Virus record (IMG/VR): IMGVR_UViG_3300009093_000034
Coordinates: 1-64,000 of that record
Reading direction: 5' to 3' (one strand)
DNA: 64,000 nt
Below, piece by piece: positions 1-8,598 of this stretch (the first letter of the stretch is position 1; the number at the start of each line of letters is the position of its first letter). The translations under genes were made by a program, and so were the position numbers. The notes under the pieces were generated by a model. It saw only the letters and a program-made list of their open reading frames with translations. It was not told the DNA's origin and did no database searches.

Positions 1-1029
1 CTGATCTCGATAAGCTTCGTAGGCTTCTTTCTTTGAAAAACCGTACTTCATCAAGTGTTGGATGATATCGTCAGTTGTTAGGTCTTTGTTAGCCATCATG
101 TGGATGGCATGTTTGATACCAAAAGATCTCGCGTCAGACTCGTTCAAGTTCTCTCCTTCTCCGGTATACCAATCTTCGTCCTTTACATCTTTGGCAGAGT
201 CAGACTCGGTCAAAGGTTCTTTAGGATTTAGACTCTTGATTCTAACTTGGGTGTAAGGAACTCCAGTCGCCTTAGAGAACTCAGACTTAGCATGTCCAGC
301 TGTGGAGTTATTGTAAACGATTGGAGTGATGTCTTCTCGGCCAAGAGCTCTTGCTTCGTAAGAACCGACCTTTCCGACTGGTGTCTTAGGAGTGGATCTG
401 CTGACAAGAGACTTGTAGGACTTGTCAACAACGTCTAGAGCTGAGAGTCTGATGAAGTCGTCTTCTGTCTTTCCATACTTTGAGGTAAAGATGTCGAAAA
501 GATCTTCGTCTGAATATCTGTTTGTGATCCAGAAGTAAGCTTTCTCTTGGTCGATTCCAAAGTCGTTGGTAAGATAAAAAGAAGCAAGTCTTGCGATCTT
601 GTCTGCGATCTCCATGTCTCTGTTCTTTAGGATAGCTTCTTCGATTCTAGGAAGAGGAGATTGTTCTAACCACTCTCCAAGAAGTTGGACAGCAAGCCCT
701 TTGATGAACTCTTGGTCTTCTGGGTCTTCTATCTTTTTACCGTCACCGACAGCTTCAACAGCTCCAGTGATGACAGCGGACATGTCGTCTTCATTCTCGA
801 TCTTATCGGGATCGAGCATACCAAGGAGATTGGTGATCTTTTCTTGAGCTTCTTCACGAAGGTCTTTTCCAATGATCTCGAAGTCTTTGACTTGAGAAAA
901 ATCGACGAACTGTCCTCTTTCGTTAACGATGACCAATCTGTCATCTTTCTTTCTAAGAAAGCCAACAAACTCCTTTTCAGTAAGAAAAGTTTTGTCAGTG
1001 TAAACAGCTTCTAACAATTGACCTATCAT
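1..1029 (-). CDS. Hypothetical protein, probably virion head-associated; 3' end runs off the window
   Basis: Not in the ORF track because it has no stop in the window. Manual translation from ATG at 1029 (MIGQLLEAVYTDKTFLTEKEFVG...KKEAYEAYRDQ) is open to base 1. Acidic, with LTES/LNES motifs; ACTAACT motif upstream on the minus strand. Confidence 0.8.
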   Translation of the reverse strand, partial: MIGQLLEAVYTDKTFLTEKEFVGFLRKKDDRLVIVNERGQFVDFSQVKDFEIIGKDLREEAQEKITNLLGMLDPDKIENEDDMSAVITGAVEAVGDGKKIEDPEDQEFIKGLAVQLLGEWLEQSPLPRIEEAILKNRDMEIADKIARLASFYLTNDFGIDQEKAYFWITNRYSDEDLFDIFTSKYGKTEDDFIRLSALDVVDKSYKSLVSRSTPKTPVGKVGSYEARALGREDITPIVYNNSTAGHAKSEFSKATGVPYTQVRIKSLNPKEPLTESDSAKDVKDEDWYTGEGENLNESDARSFGIKHAIHMMANKDLTTDDIIQHLMKYGFSKKEAYEAYRDQ

Positions 1030-1065
1030 GAGACGGTGGTTCATAGGGACTCCCTGCATATGAAT

Positions 1066-1088
1066 AGTTAGTGTCGAAACCACTAATT
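1066..1088. promoter_or_regulatory. Back-to-back ACTAAYT motifs (candidate divergent phage-sigma promoters)
   Basis: AGTTAGT at 1066-1072 (minus strand) and ACTAATT at 1082-1088 (plus strand) lie between divergent genes; the plus motif is 4 nt before ATG 1093. Confidence 0.6.
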
Positions 1089-1092
1089 TCTC

Positions 1093-2025
1093 ATGGCTGA
1101 ACAACAAGGCTCTATCAGATTCAACGCGACTTCTCTTCTATGGGAAGCTTCCTCAAATACGGCAGGAGGCGATGGTTCATTCGTCAACATCTCATTGTTT
1201 GGCCACCAACACACATCAGCAGACATAACTGATGCTACCAACGCCCCTACTCCAGAAGTCATAGCCGAGAGAGACAGTTTGGGTGGTATCTCTTTTTCCT
1301 ATATCAACATAGGAGCAACAGCAGAGAACCTTTCTACGGCTTCCATCGGTCCAAATAGGTTAACGTTAGGACCTCAAGACCCTTCCATGATCACCCAAAA
1401 CCAACAGGGACTCTCCTTGAGAGTGGGTGGAACAACGCCTCCCCTAAAGACCTTGTTGAACGATGGTTCTAACATCACTCAAGTCTTGAACGCCACAAGA
1501 GGAACCACTGTTGTTGTTGGTACCTCGACTTATAACCCTCAGTACGTAGTCACAGGGACAGCAGCAATGATTGAGTTTGGCCCTACTCTTTGGAGATTCT
1601 CCACAGCACCTTCTGGAACTGCAGGAAACCCAATCACTTGGACCTCTCAGATGAGTTTTGAGTCTGGTGGCTTTAACATTGGACCGGTTGGTTCTCCTAC
1701 CTTCGCAGTAGCCGTAGGTGGAGATGCAGTCTTTGCTAACAACGTCACCGCTGTTGCATTCAAGACAGTTTCTAAGATGTCTTTGAAGGAGAACATCAAG
1801 AAATTTGAAGAGTCTGCTCTATCTGTTATCTCAGATCTTAAGATCGTCTCCTTCAATTACAAAAAAGACAAGAAGAAGGTTCCAAGAGTCGGTATCATCG
1901 CTGACTGGACTGATGATACTAGAATCTCAGGCCCTAAGAAAGACTCTTTTGACCTTGCCAACACTGTTGGTCTTCTTCTCAAAGCAGTTCAAGAACTTAA
2001 TGAAAAGATCGAGACAAGGAGATAA
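1093..2025 (+). CDS. Tail fibre/spike-like protein with C-terminal Peptidase S74-type intramolecular chaperone
   Basis: Gly/Thr/Ser-rich beta region followed by SKMSLKENIK...LKIVSFNYK...RVGIIAD...LLLKAVQELNEKIE, typical of S74 chaperone domains. Confidence 0.75.
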   Translation: MAEQQGSIRFNATSLLWEASSNTAGGDGSFVNISLFGHQHTSADITDATNAPTPEVIAERDSLGGISFSYINIGATAENLSTASIGPNRLTLGPQDPSMITQNQQGLSLRVGGTTPPLKTLLNDGSNITQVLNATRGTTVVVGTSTYNPQYVVTGTAAMIEFGPTLWRFSTAPSGTAGNPITWTSQMSFESGGFNIGPVGSPTFAVAVGGDAVFANNVTAVAFKTVSKMSLKENIKKFEESALSVISDLKIVSFNYKKDKKKVPRVGIIADWTDDTRISGPKKDSFDLANTVGLLLKAVQELNEKIETRR

Positions 2026-2028
2026 ATT

Positions 2029-2298
2029 ATGTCAGATTCCGATAATACTACACCACAGCAGCCTACTAAAGCTCATGAGGTCTCACCTGGAGTGATCTCC
2101 ATGATGAGAGTTCAGGTTCGTAAAGCTGTGAACGTAGGTATTTTTCTATCAGTTGCAGGAGTAGCTTTGGCAGGAGCCTTAGCTATCATCGGTTCTCGTT
2201 TTGAACTTGTTCCTGTGGCCTTAGCTTTGATCGCAGGAGGACCAGCTCTTATATCAACCGCTCTTGCATGGAAAGCATGGCAAGCTCAGGCTGAGTAA
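2029..2298 (+). CDS. Small two-TM membrane protein (holin-like possible)
   Basis: Two hydrophobic segments (VGIFLSVAGVALAGALAIIG; LVPVALALIAGGPALISTALAW). Confidence 0.55.
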   Translation: MSDSDNTTPQQPTKAHEVSPGVISMMRVQVRKAVNVGIFLSVAGVALAGALAIIGSRFELVPVALALIAGGPALISTALAWKAWQAQAE

Positions 2299-2310
2299 GA
2301 AAGGAACTTT

Positions 2311-2535
2311 ATGGGTGAATGGATGATTCAGTCGGATTCTGGTGAGTTCGACGAAGCTTTTATAGACGCGGTGAGAGACATAGGAAGCATCGACGAGTTA
2401 TACTCTATGACAGATGGAGACATCGATGATGCTGCAGAAACCATAGTTGGTACTGCTCATTTCCTCAGCAACATCCCAACTGATAGGTCTGTTGTAGAAC
2501 AGGCCATCGATTTTCTTCTAAACAATGGTTTTTAA
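2311..2535 (+). CDS. Hypothetical acidic protein
   Basis: AAGGAA RBS, phage-like codon use. Confidence 0.6.
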   Translation: MGEWMIQSDSGEFDEAFIDAVRDIGSIDELYSMTDGDIDDAAETIVGTAHFLSNIPTDRSVVEQAIDFLLNNGF

Positions 2536-2548
2536 CGGAGAATCTTTA

Positions 2549-2559
2549 TGAGATATTAT
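2549..2559 (+). promoter_or_regulatory. TGAGATATT-class motif (candidate early promoter)
   Basis: TGAGATATTAT; the same motif recurs at about 10 intergenic sites. Confidence 0.6.
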
Positions 2560-2591
2560 CTATAGATACGTAAACATGACGGAGGTAGGAC

Positions 2592-3218
2592 ATGACAGAC
2601 ATTCTCAACACCCCTGTGCTTGTCTTGAACAAGCACTACGTTCCTATTGATACCACCACTGTCAAGGATGCCTTCGTTAAGCTCTGGGGCGAGATCGCCG
2701 AGGCCGTCATTGTTACGGAGCACGGAGCTTACGAGAGCTACGACTTCAAGTCTTGGGCTGATTTGACAGCTTACAGGGAGATGTTCGACGAGGCTGAGTT
2801 CATCTCAACCCCTTCGATCGAGTTGATGATCCCCAGGATCATTCGTACGATTCACTACGATCGTATGTCCCAGAAGAAACTTCAGCCTTCTCGTAGGAAC
2901 ATCTACGAGCGAGACGGATACACTTGCCAGTACTGTGGAAAGAGGAAGCCGACCAAGGAACTCAACTTGGACCACGTTCTTCCTCAGGCTCAGGGTGGAA
3001 AGAGCACTTGGACCAACTTGGTCTGTGCTTGTATCAAGTGTAACTCCAGGAAGGACTGCAGAACTCCTGCTGAAGCTCACATGCCTTTGCTTCGTCAGCC
3101 CTTCATGCCTCACGTTTCTTTCAGGATCGGGGTTCCCCTTACTGCAAGAAAGCACTACAAGTCCTGGGACCACTTCATCAGTACGATGTACTGGGAGACT
3201 CCTCTCAAAGAGGATTAG
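2592..3218 (+). CDS. HNH endonuclease (McrA/HNH_5 type)
   Basis: VLVLNKHYVP N-terminus; RRNIYERDGYTCQYCG...LNLDHVLPQAQGGKSTWTNLVCACIKCNSRK. Confidence 0.9.
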   Translation: MTDILNTPVLVLNKHYVPIDTTTVKDAFVKLWGEIAEAVIVTEHGAYESYDFKSWADLTAYREMFDEAEFISTPSIELMIPRIIRTIHYDRMSQKKLQPSRRNIYERDGYTCQYCGKRKPTKELNLDHVLPQAQGGKSTWTNLVCACIKCNSRKDCRTPAEAHMPLLRQPFMPHVSFRIGVPLTARKHYKSWDHFISTMYWETPLKED

Positions 3219-3242
3219 GTTTCAGATAAGGAAGGTCCATAA

Positions 3243-3752
3243 ATGGGATCGATGTCGGACAGCCATCTCCAGTTTCTTCTTCACGAAGAGCTGGAGACCT
3301 CACCCGGCCACATGTTGATCGTGATTCGTGGTCTCCCTGGTTCAGGGAAGTCCACTCTGGCTAAGAAGCTGAAGAGCTACTTCGACGGAGCCGCTGTGAG
3401 TGGTGAAGATGCCTTCCACAAGGCCGAACACTTTGAAGCTGACATGTTCTTCACCAAGCCTGACGGTTCGTACAACTGGACGCCTCAGGCCGTGGGCTAC
3501 GCTCACAAATGGTGTCAAGAATCCGTGTCCAAGGCTCTTGAAGATCATCAGGTCGTGATCGTGAGCAACACCTTCACTCAGATGAAGGAAATCAATCCTT
3601 ACTTGGAGATCGCGAGCAAAGCTTCGGCTAAGGTCGTAGTTCTGTCTAAGGACTTGAACGTCAACTACGGTAACGTTCATGGAGTTCCTTCTGAGACCCT
3701 GACGAAGATGAAAGAGCGTTGGGTTCCGTTCAAAGGGGAGATCATCCTCTAA
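3243..3752 (+). CDS. P-loop kinase (AAA_33 / polynucleotide-kinase-like)
   Basis: IVIRGLPGSGKST Walker A, EADMFF, VIVSNTFT, HGVP motifs. Confidence 0.8.
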   Translation: MGSMSDSHLQFLLHEELETSPGHMLIVIRGLPGSGKSTLAKKLKSYFDGAAVSGEDAFHKAEHFEADMFFTKPDGSYNWTPQAVGYAHKWCQESVSKALEDHQVVIVSNTFTQMKEINPYLEIASKASAKVVVLSKDLNVNYGNVHGVPSETLTKMKERWVPFKGEIIL

Positions 3753-3774
3753 ACAAAGTTTTCTTTGTTACCAT

Positions 3775-3804
3775 AAAGGTCGTCGAAAGACGACCTTTTT
3801 CTTT
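3775..3804 (+). terminator. Intrinsic terminator
   Basis: AAAGGTCGTC-GAAA-GACGACCTTT followed by a T-tract. Confidence 0.85.
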
Positions 3805-3816
3805 TATATTACCTAT

Positions 3817-4938
3817 ATGCAAAATTGGACAATTTCAAAACGACCCACAAAACTCTCAGAGCTTTGGGGTCTCGAAGGTCTGAAGACTTATCTATCAGAC
3901 AATAAATTTCCAAAAGCCCTACTGTTCCGTGGACAGTTTGGGTCAGGAAAAACTACCGTAGCAAAGATCATCGCTTCAATGTTGGTCTGTCAAAACCCTG
4001 GTGATCATGGAGATCCTTGTTGTGAGTGTGCCTCGTGTAAGGCAGTTATCAACGAGACTTGGGATCGTGACGTTCAGATGATCGACGGAGGAAACTCCGG
4101 AAAGTCTGATGTTCAAGATAGGATCTCAGAGTTCGTAGCAACTGGACCTTTCTATGATCGAAACAAGGTCATGATCATTGAAGAGATTCAAGAGCTATCA
4201 GACGCAGCAAGGAACTCTTTGCTCAAGTACCTAGAAGCTCCAAGAGAGAAGATCTACTTCATCCTCTTGTCCATGGAACTCTCTAAGAGTTCAGGCTTCA
4301 ACTCAAGAACAGTTCCTTTCAACTTTAACCCTGCTCCTGTCAAAGACATCATGCTCTACCTTAAGACCATGATGGAATCAGAAGGTCTTTGGAACGACGA
4401 GAACATTCCAAAAGAGTTCAAGATCAAAGGTCTTGCTACCATCGCCCAGACTTCGTCTGGTAGTTATCGACAGGCTCTTCAGACTCTTGAGCAAGCTCTT
4501 AAGGGAAAGTTCTACACACCTGAGTCCATCAGAGACAACATGGGATTGGTGGACGATGAAGAGGCTGTCGAGGTTCTTCTTCAGTTGATGGATCTTGATG
4601 TTGAGGTCTTCACCAAGATCTACAAGAACAAGAACCTCTTCCAGTTCTTTGGAATCGCTATCAGAATTCTTGGAGATGCCAAGGTCTATAAGACTCTTGA
4701 CTTCCTCCCATACGAGGACAACACTCCTTTTGCTGAGAACACCAAGAGAGTTGCTGGACACAAAAACCTAAATGCTTTGGTCAAGACCTTTATGGATCTT
4801 GAACCTCTTTCAAAGCCCTATCTCAGAGATGCCGAGTTCATTCTCCATCTTGTGAAGTTCTTTGAAGATAACCAAGGACCTTCTGGAGTTACAAGAATCC
4901 AAGAACCTGTGGTTAGAACAAGGGCGGTAAAGCAGTAA
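3817..4938 (+). CDS. dnaX: DNA polymerase III gamma/tau-like clamp loader subunit
   Basis: RPTKLSELWG, LLFRGQFGSGKTT, C4 Zn site (CQNP...CCECASC), IIEEIQEL, NSLLKYLEAP, SRT sensor, SGSYRQALQTLEQ. Confidence 0.85.
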   Translation: MQNWTISKRPTKLSELWGLEGLKTYLSDNKFPKALLFRGQFGSGKTTVAKIIASMLVCQNPGDHGDPCCECASCKAVINETWDRDVQMIDGGNSGKSDVQDRISEFVATGPFYDRNKVMIIEEIQELSDAARNSLLKYLEAPREKIYFILLSMELSKSSGFNSRTVPFNFNPAPVKDIMLYLKTMMESEGLWNDENIPKEFKIKGLATIAQTSSGSYRQALQTLEQALKGKFYTPESIRDNMGLVDDEEAVEVLLQLMDLDVEVFTKIYKNKNLFQFFGIAIRILGDAKVYKTLDFLPYEDNTPFAENTKRVAGHKNLNALVKTFMDLEPLSKPYLRDAEFILHLVKFFEDNQGPSGVTRIQEPVVRTRAVKQ

Positions 4939-5246
4939 TGAAGACCACAGTCAAGGCTCTTGAGAAAGAACACCAAGAATCTGAAGAGATGGATCAATCG
5001 TTCGAGAAGAATCCGGCCAAGAGAGCCATTCAAGAACTCTTCTCAGGTCCATTTCATGGAAATGCTTACAAACGATACTCTTTGGCACAGATCAAGGACA
5101 GAGTTGTAGAAGCTCTAGACAAGGCCATTGAGGATCCAAAGATCATGATCTACAAGGCCACAGCAACCCGTCTTCTTGCTAAAGTCAAGAAGATCAAAGA
5201 CTCCAATGAGCTCCTACTCGTATTGAACGAGTATCTGTTTACCTAA
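4938..5246 (+). CDS. Hypothetical protein
   Basis: Translationally coupled to dnaX (TAATG overlap). Confidence 0.65.
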   Translation: MKTTVKALEKEHQESEEMDQSFEKNPAKRAIQELFSGPFHGNAYKRYSLAQIKDRVVEALDKAIEDPKIMIYKATATRLLAKVKKIKDSNELLLVLNEYLFT

Positions 5247-5247
5247 A

Positions 5248-6105
5248 ATGTCAGAAAAAATAACCAAATATTCCTCGTCCAGGTTGGGAACCTTTGAATC
5301 CTGCAAGTTGAAGTATGATCTTTCATACAATCAAGGTTTGTACGCAGATGATTCCCAGCAAGCTTTAGTCACCAAAAAAGGAACAGCGTTCCACGATTTC
5401 GCAGAACGTTACACACCAGATTGGACCGAAGAGAAGATTGAAGCAGAGAGACTTGCCATCGAGACAAAGTTCTCTCTTCCTCCAGAGTTCTCTCTTAAAA
5501 ACCCAGTCAAGAGGTTCATCGAGTTCTACAATCTTGTGATCCAACCAGTCATCGATTCGGGTGGAAAGTTCCACAGAGAGATCGCATTTGACTTCAGCTT
5601 GGATGGAAAAAGTTTCACAGGTCGATTGGACATCTTGCTTGAGAAAGCAGATGGAACCTTTGTGATCCTTGACCACAAGACCAAGAAATCTACTTCTACC
5701 TCGTACTACGCAGACCAGATGCTTCTTTACGTCTGGGCTCTTCATAAGCAATTTGGGATCCCAGAGAACGAACTCGCTAGACGAGTCTCTATCTCGATCT
5801 TCTTCCCCTTTGCAAACCCTGATGAACCTGAGGTTTCAAAGTTGATCAAGGCCGTGAAGTTCACGGATGTTCAACTTAATCAAACCAGAGAAAAGAAGAA
5901 AGAGTTGATCCAGATCATTGAATCTGGAGAATGGGAACCAGAACCTACCATCTCTAAGATCTGTGAGTTCTGTTCCTTTGCAGGTATGAAGAAGTACTGC
6001 AAACTATCCGCCGACGTAGGAATTGTCCCTACTAGGGGAATCATCATAAAGACAAGAGAGTGGGCTCTAAATGTTGAGAAGACTATACCTGTTCGACGTA
6101 GATGA
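5248..6105 (+). CDS. PD-(D/E)XK nuclease, Cas4/AddB-like
   Basis: KGTAFHDFAE, GRLDILL...VILDHKT, QMLLY; one N-terminal Cys plus a C-terminal CEFC...C consistent with an Fe-S staple. Confidence 0.85.
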   Translation: MSEKITKYSSSRLGTFESCKLKYDLSYNQGLYADDSQQALVTKKGTAFHDFAERYTPDWTEEKIEAERLAIETKFSLPPEFSLKNPVKRFIEFYNLVIQPVIDSGGKFHREIAFDFSLDGKSFTGRLDILLEKADGTFVILDHKTKKSTSTSYYADQMLLYVWALHKQFGIPENELARRVSISIFFPFANPDEPEVSKLIKAVKFTDVQLNQTREKKKELIQIIESGEWEPEPTISKICEFCSFAGMKKYCKLSADVGIVPTRGIIIKTREWALNVEKTIPVRRR

Positions 6106-6646
6106 TACTTTAGTCATCTCTAAATCTCAAGTTCTTGTTAAAGTCAAGGGAGAAACCTTAAGACTTCCAACAACCAGATGGAGACATTTCAAAGCAGAGA
6201 ACCCAGATGCTGAGGTCTCTTATGAAGAGTTCATGGGTGTAGAGTCTTTGACAGAAGGTGAGTTCGGTCCTGCTTTTTCTCTCTTTACCTATTGGTGTTC
6301 AAGAAAGTACGAAGATATTGATGTCGGGATCTTGACAAATAGGTCTACAGAACCTGGAGTCATCTTCCAAGGTCTTACTGAGTTGTGTCAAAAGTTTAAT
6401 GATTCTGAATGTCATGTCAATCCAAACTTGATCTTTGCAACCAATAGTGCTTTCTACTATCCTCTGTTAAAGCACATGTCTCCATCTGAACAAAAGGCAG
6501 AGATCGTAGAAGCCATGATTCCTGAATATTCTACCATTTTTTTCATTGATGATGACCATGCTAACTTGGCTGCAGTTGGAAAGCTTCATCCTAAGATCAT
6601 CACGGTTGATCCTCATAGGTATGCCAAAGATTACTTGGCGTCTTGA
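6071..6646 (+). CDS. HAD-superfamily phosphatase
   Basis: LYLFDVDDTL (motif I), ILTNR (motif II), FFIDDD (motif IV). Confidence 0.8.
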   Translation: MLRRLYLFDVDDTLVISKSQVLVKVKGETLRLPTTRWRHFKAENPDAEVSYEEFMGVESLTEGEFGPAFSLFTYWCSRKYEDIDVGILTNRSTEPGVIFQGLTELCQKFNDSECHVNPNLIFATNSAFYYPLLKHMSPSEQKAEIVEAMIPEYSTIFFIDDDHANLAAVGKLHPKIITVDPHRYAKDYLAS

Positions 6647-6698
6647 GACGTAATCGTGGATTTTCCACTAACTATCCTATCAAAGATAGGAGATCTTC

Positions 6699-8594
6699 AT
6701 GGCAGAATTGAAGCCCGGCATTTGGCCTGTCAAACCCACTCAGTTTAAGCAAATTGACCCCAACTATCCTCATAGTGGTTTTCTACCAGCAGAACCTGGC
6801 GAGCAAGAAGGCTTTGTAACTCCTTTCAAACACAGGTATCCATCTGATGGTGGTTCTCAGAACATCCATCCTTCCCAAACCAGCGAGATCTGGAAGAACA
6901 GAGGAAAGGACAAGTATCGAGACATCAACCCAACTGAAGCTCCAGACTTTGACCGCTATTCAACTCCTCAGAGTGCCATTCAGGCTGCTAACAAAGGTGT
7001 AGCGGGAATGGGAAACCCTAACGAAGCTGATGCCTCAAACCTAGGAGCAATTGTGCAAAAGAACGATCTAGCTGTAAGGTCCAAGAGACCATCCGGTTCC
7101 TTCAAGGAAGCCATCGACATCGCCTTAGAGTATGACTCTGAACAAGACGATGAAGACTCAGAAGGTCTTGATACCCTTGAGCATGCTCACGAGCATCCTC
7201 ACACTGAGACTGAAACCACCGAAACTTACAAAGAAAGAGTTAAGAACACCGCCATCAGACTTGTTGAAGCTACCGCAAAACAGGAATCTGTTGCTGAGTT
7301 CGTTAATATGAACCCACAAGGAACTCTTGACGACTACTTGGCTTGGGCCAAGAAGAACGGAAAGCCTCCTGTTTCTTACGTCTCTTACAGAGTCATGAGA
7401 CAGAACATTCTTTCTGGAATGGCTAGTTACTTGACTCCAGAAGCTCAAGCAGCTTCTCAGAGACCTGAGTTTGACAGATCTAAGGCAACCGGTCCTCTTG
7501 CTGACCTTTTGAACCTAGTTGACACAGCAACTGATGAAGAACTCAGAACCGAAGCTTCGGTTGCTGAAAAGTTCTCTTCTATCTGGGCAACTGCTTACAA
7601 CTGTGCTAGAGGAAAGTCCATCAAGAGACACGCCTTCATCTGTGGTGCTCCTGGTGTTGGTAAGACCTTCACCTTGAAGACCGCTATTGAGAAAGGTCTT
7701 GCTCAAACCTCCGATACTCTAGTCAAGAGACGCGGTTCTATCGGTAAAGCACAATCAGACATCCTAGCCTTCCTCTATGAGAAGAAAGATGGCCACGTTA
7801 TCGTTCTTGATGACTGTGACGGCTTCCTTACCGGAGCTGATGACGACGTTATCAACATCCTCAAGGCCGCAATGGACCCAGACGATCCTGAAGTTTCCAT
7901 CTCCAGCACGATGAGAAGAATGGTTGCTAAGAAGCTTGGTCTTCTTGGTGAGTCTACTCGTCATGATGGTGTTAAGTTTCTCCAAGACAGACTTTATGGT
8001 CGTAGATTCACCGAGGACGAAGATGACCTTGCCGGCGGTGATGAGGAAGAAGAAACCCCAGAACAACCAGAGAGCGAAGACATCGAGGCAGAAGGAGAAG
8101 AGGACTTTGGAGAACTTCCAGAGACTTTCAAGTTCCTTTCTAGGATCATCTTCATCTCTAACCTCCGCAGAGCAGACGTTCCAGAAGCCATCATTGACCG
8201 TTGTAAGGTCGATGAGCTTGTTCTTTCTAGAACTGAGATCATGGAAAGAATCCGAGAGGTTCTTCCTGAGCTCTTGAAGAACGAAGACAAGTATACTCCA
8301 GAAGAACTTGATTGGGCAAAGACCAACGTTTACAAGTGGTTAGCTGCTACCGTTCAGGCAGATGCTGAAGGTGCTTCTATTCCAACTCCTCAAGGAGCTA
8401 TCGCTCCGGACATCAAGGTCAGCATTACCTTCCGACTCTTTATTGACTTGGTTGATACCTGGTTGTTCATGTCTACTCAAGGCTACCAAGAAGGATTAAC
8501 TCTTGAAGCTCTTGAGAAGAAGATGACCCTCCCATTTATCATCAGAGTTATCTTCCCAGCTCTTAAGGGTGACGCAAGACCAAAAAGGCGCTAA
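6699..8594 (+). CDS. AAA+/P-loop ATPase with long acidic N-terminal extension
   Basis: FICGAPGVGKT (Walker A), VIVLDDCD (Walker B), IIFISN sensor, AIIDRC Arg finger; ACTAACT motif at 6667 and AGGAG RBS. Confidence 0.8.
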   Translation: MAELKPGIWPVKPTQFKQIDPNYPHSGFLPAEPGEQEGFVTPFKHRYPSDGGSQNIHPSQTSEIWKNRGKDKYRDINPTEAPDFDRYSTPQSAIQAANKGVAGMGNPNEADASNLGAIVQKNDLAVRSKRPSGSFKEAIDIALEYDSEQDDEDSEGLDTLEHAHEHPHTETETTETYKERVKNTAIRLVEATAKQESVAEFVNMNPQGTLDDYLAWAKKNGKPPVSYVSYRVMRQNILSGMASYLTPEAQAASQRPEFDRSKATGPLADLLNLVDTATDEELRTEASVAEKFSSIWATAYNCARGKSIKRHAFICGAPGVGKTFTLKTAIEKGLAQTSDTLVKRRGSIGKAQSDILAFLYEKKDGHVIVLDDCDGFLTGADDDVINILKAAMDPDDPEVSISSTMRRMVAKKLGLLGESTRHDGVKFLQDRLYGRRFTEDEDDLAGGDEEEETPEQPESEDIEAEGEEDFGELPETFKFLSRIIFISNLRRADVPEAIIDRCKVDELVLSRTEIMERIREVLPELLKNEDKYTPEELDWAKTNVYKWLAATVQADAEGASIPTPQGAIAPDIKVSITFRLFIDLVDTWLFMSTQGYQEGLTLEALEKKMTLPFIIRVIFPALKGDARPKRR

Positions 8595-8598
8595 TTCC

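Noticed and set aside
5248-6105. Cas4-like nuclease as part of a CRISPR system
   Set aside because: No repeat-spacer array or other cas genes seen; such nucleases are common in phage replication/recombination regions.
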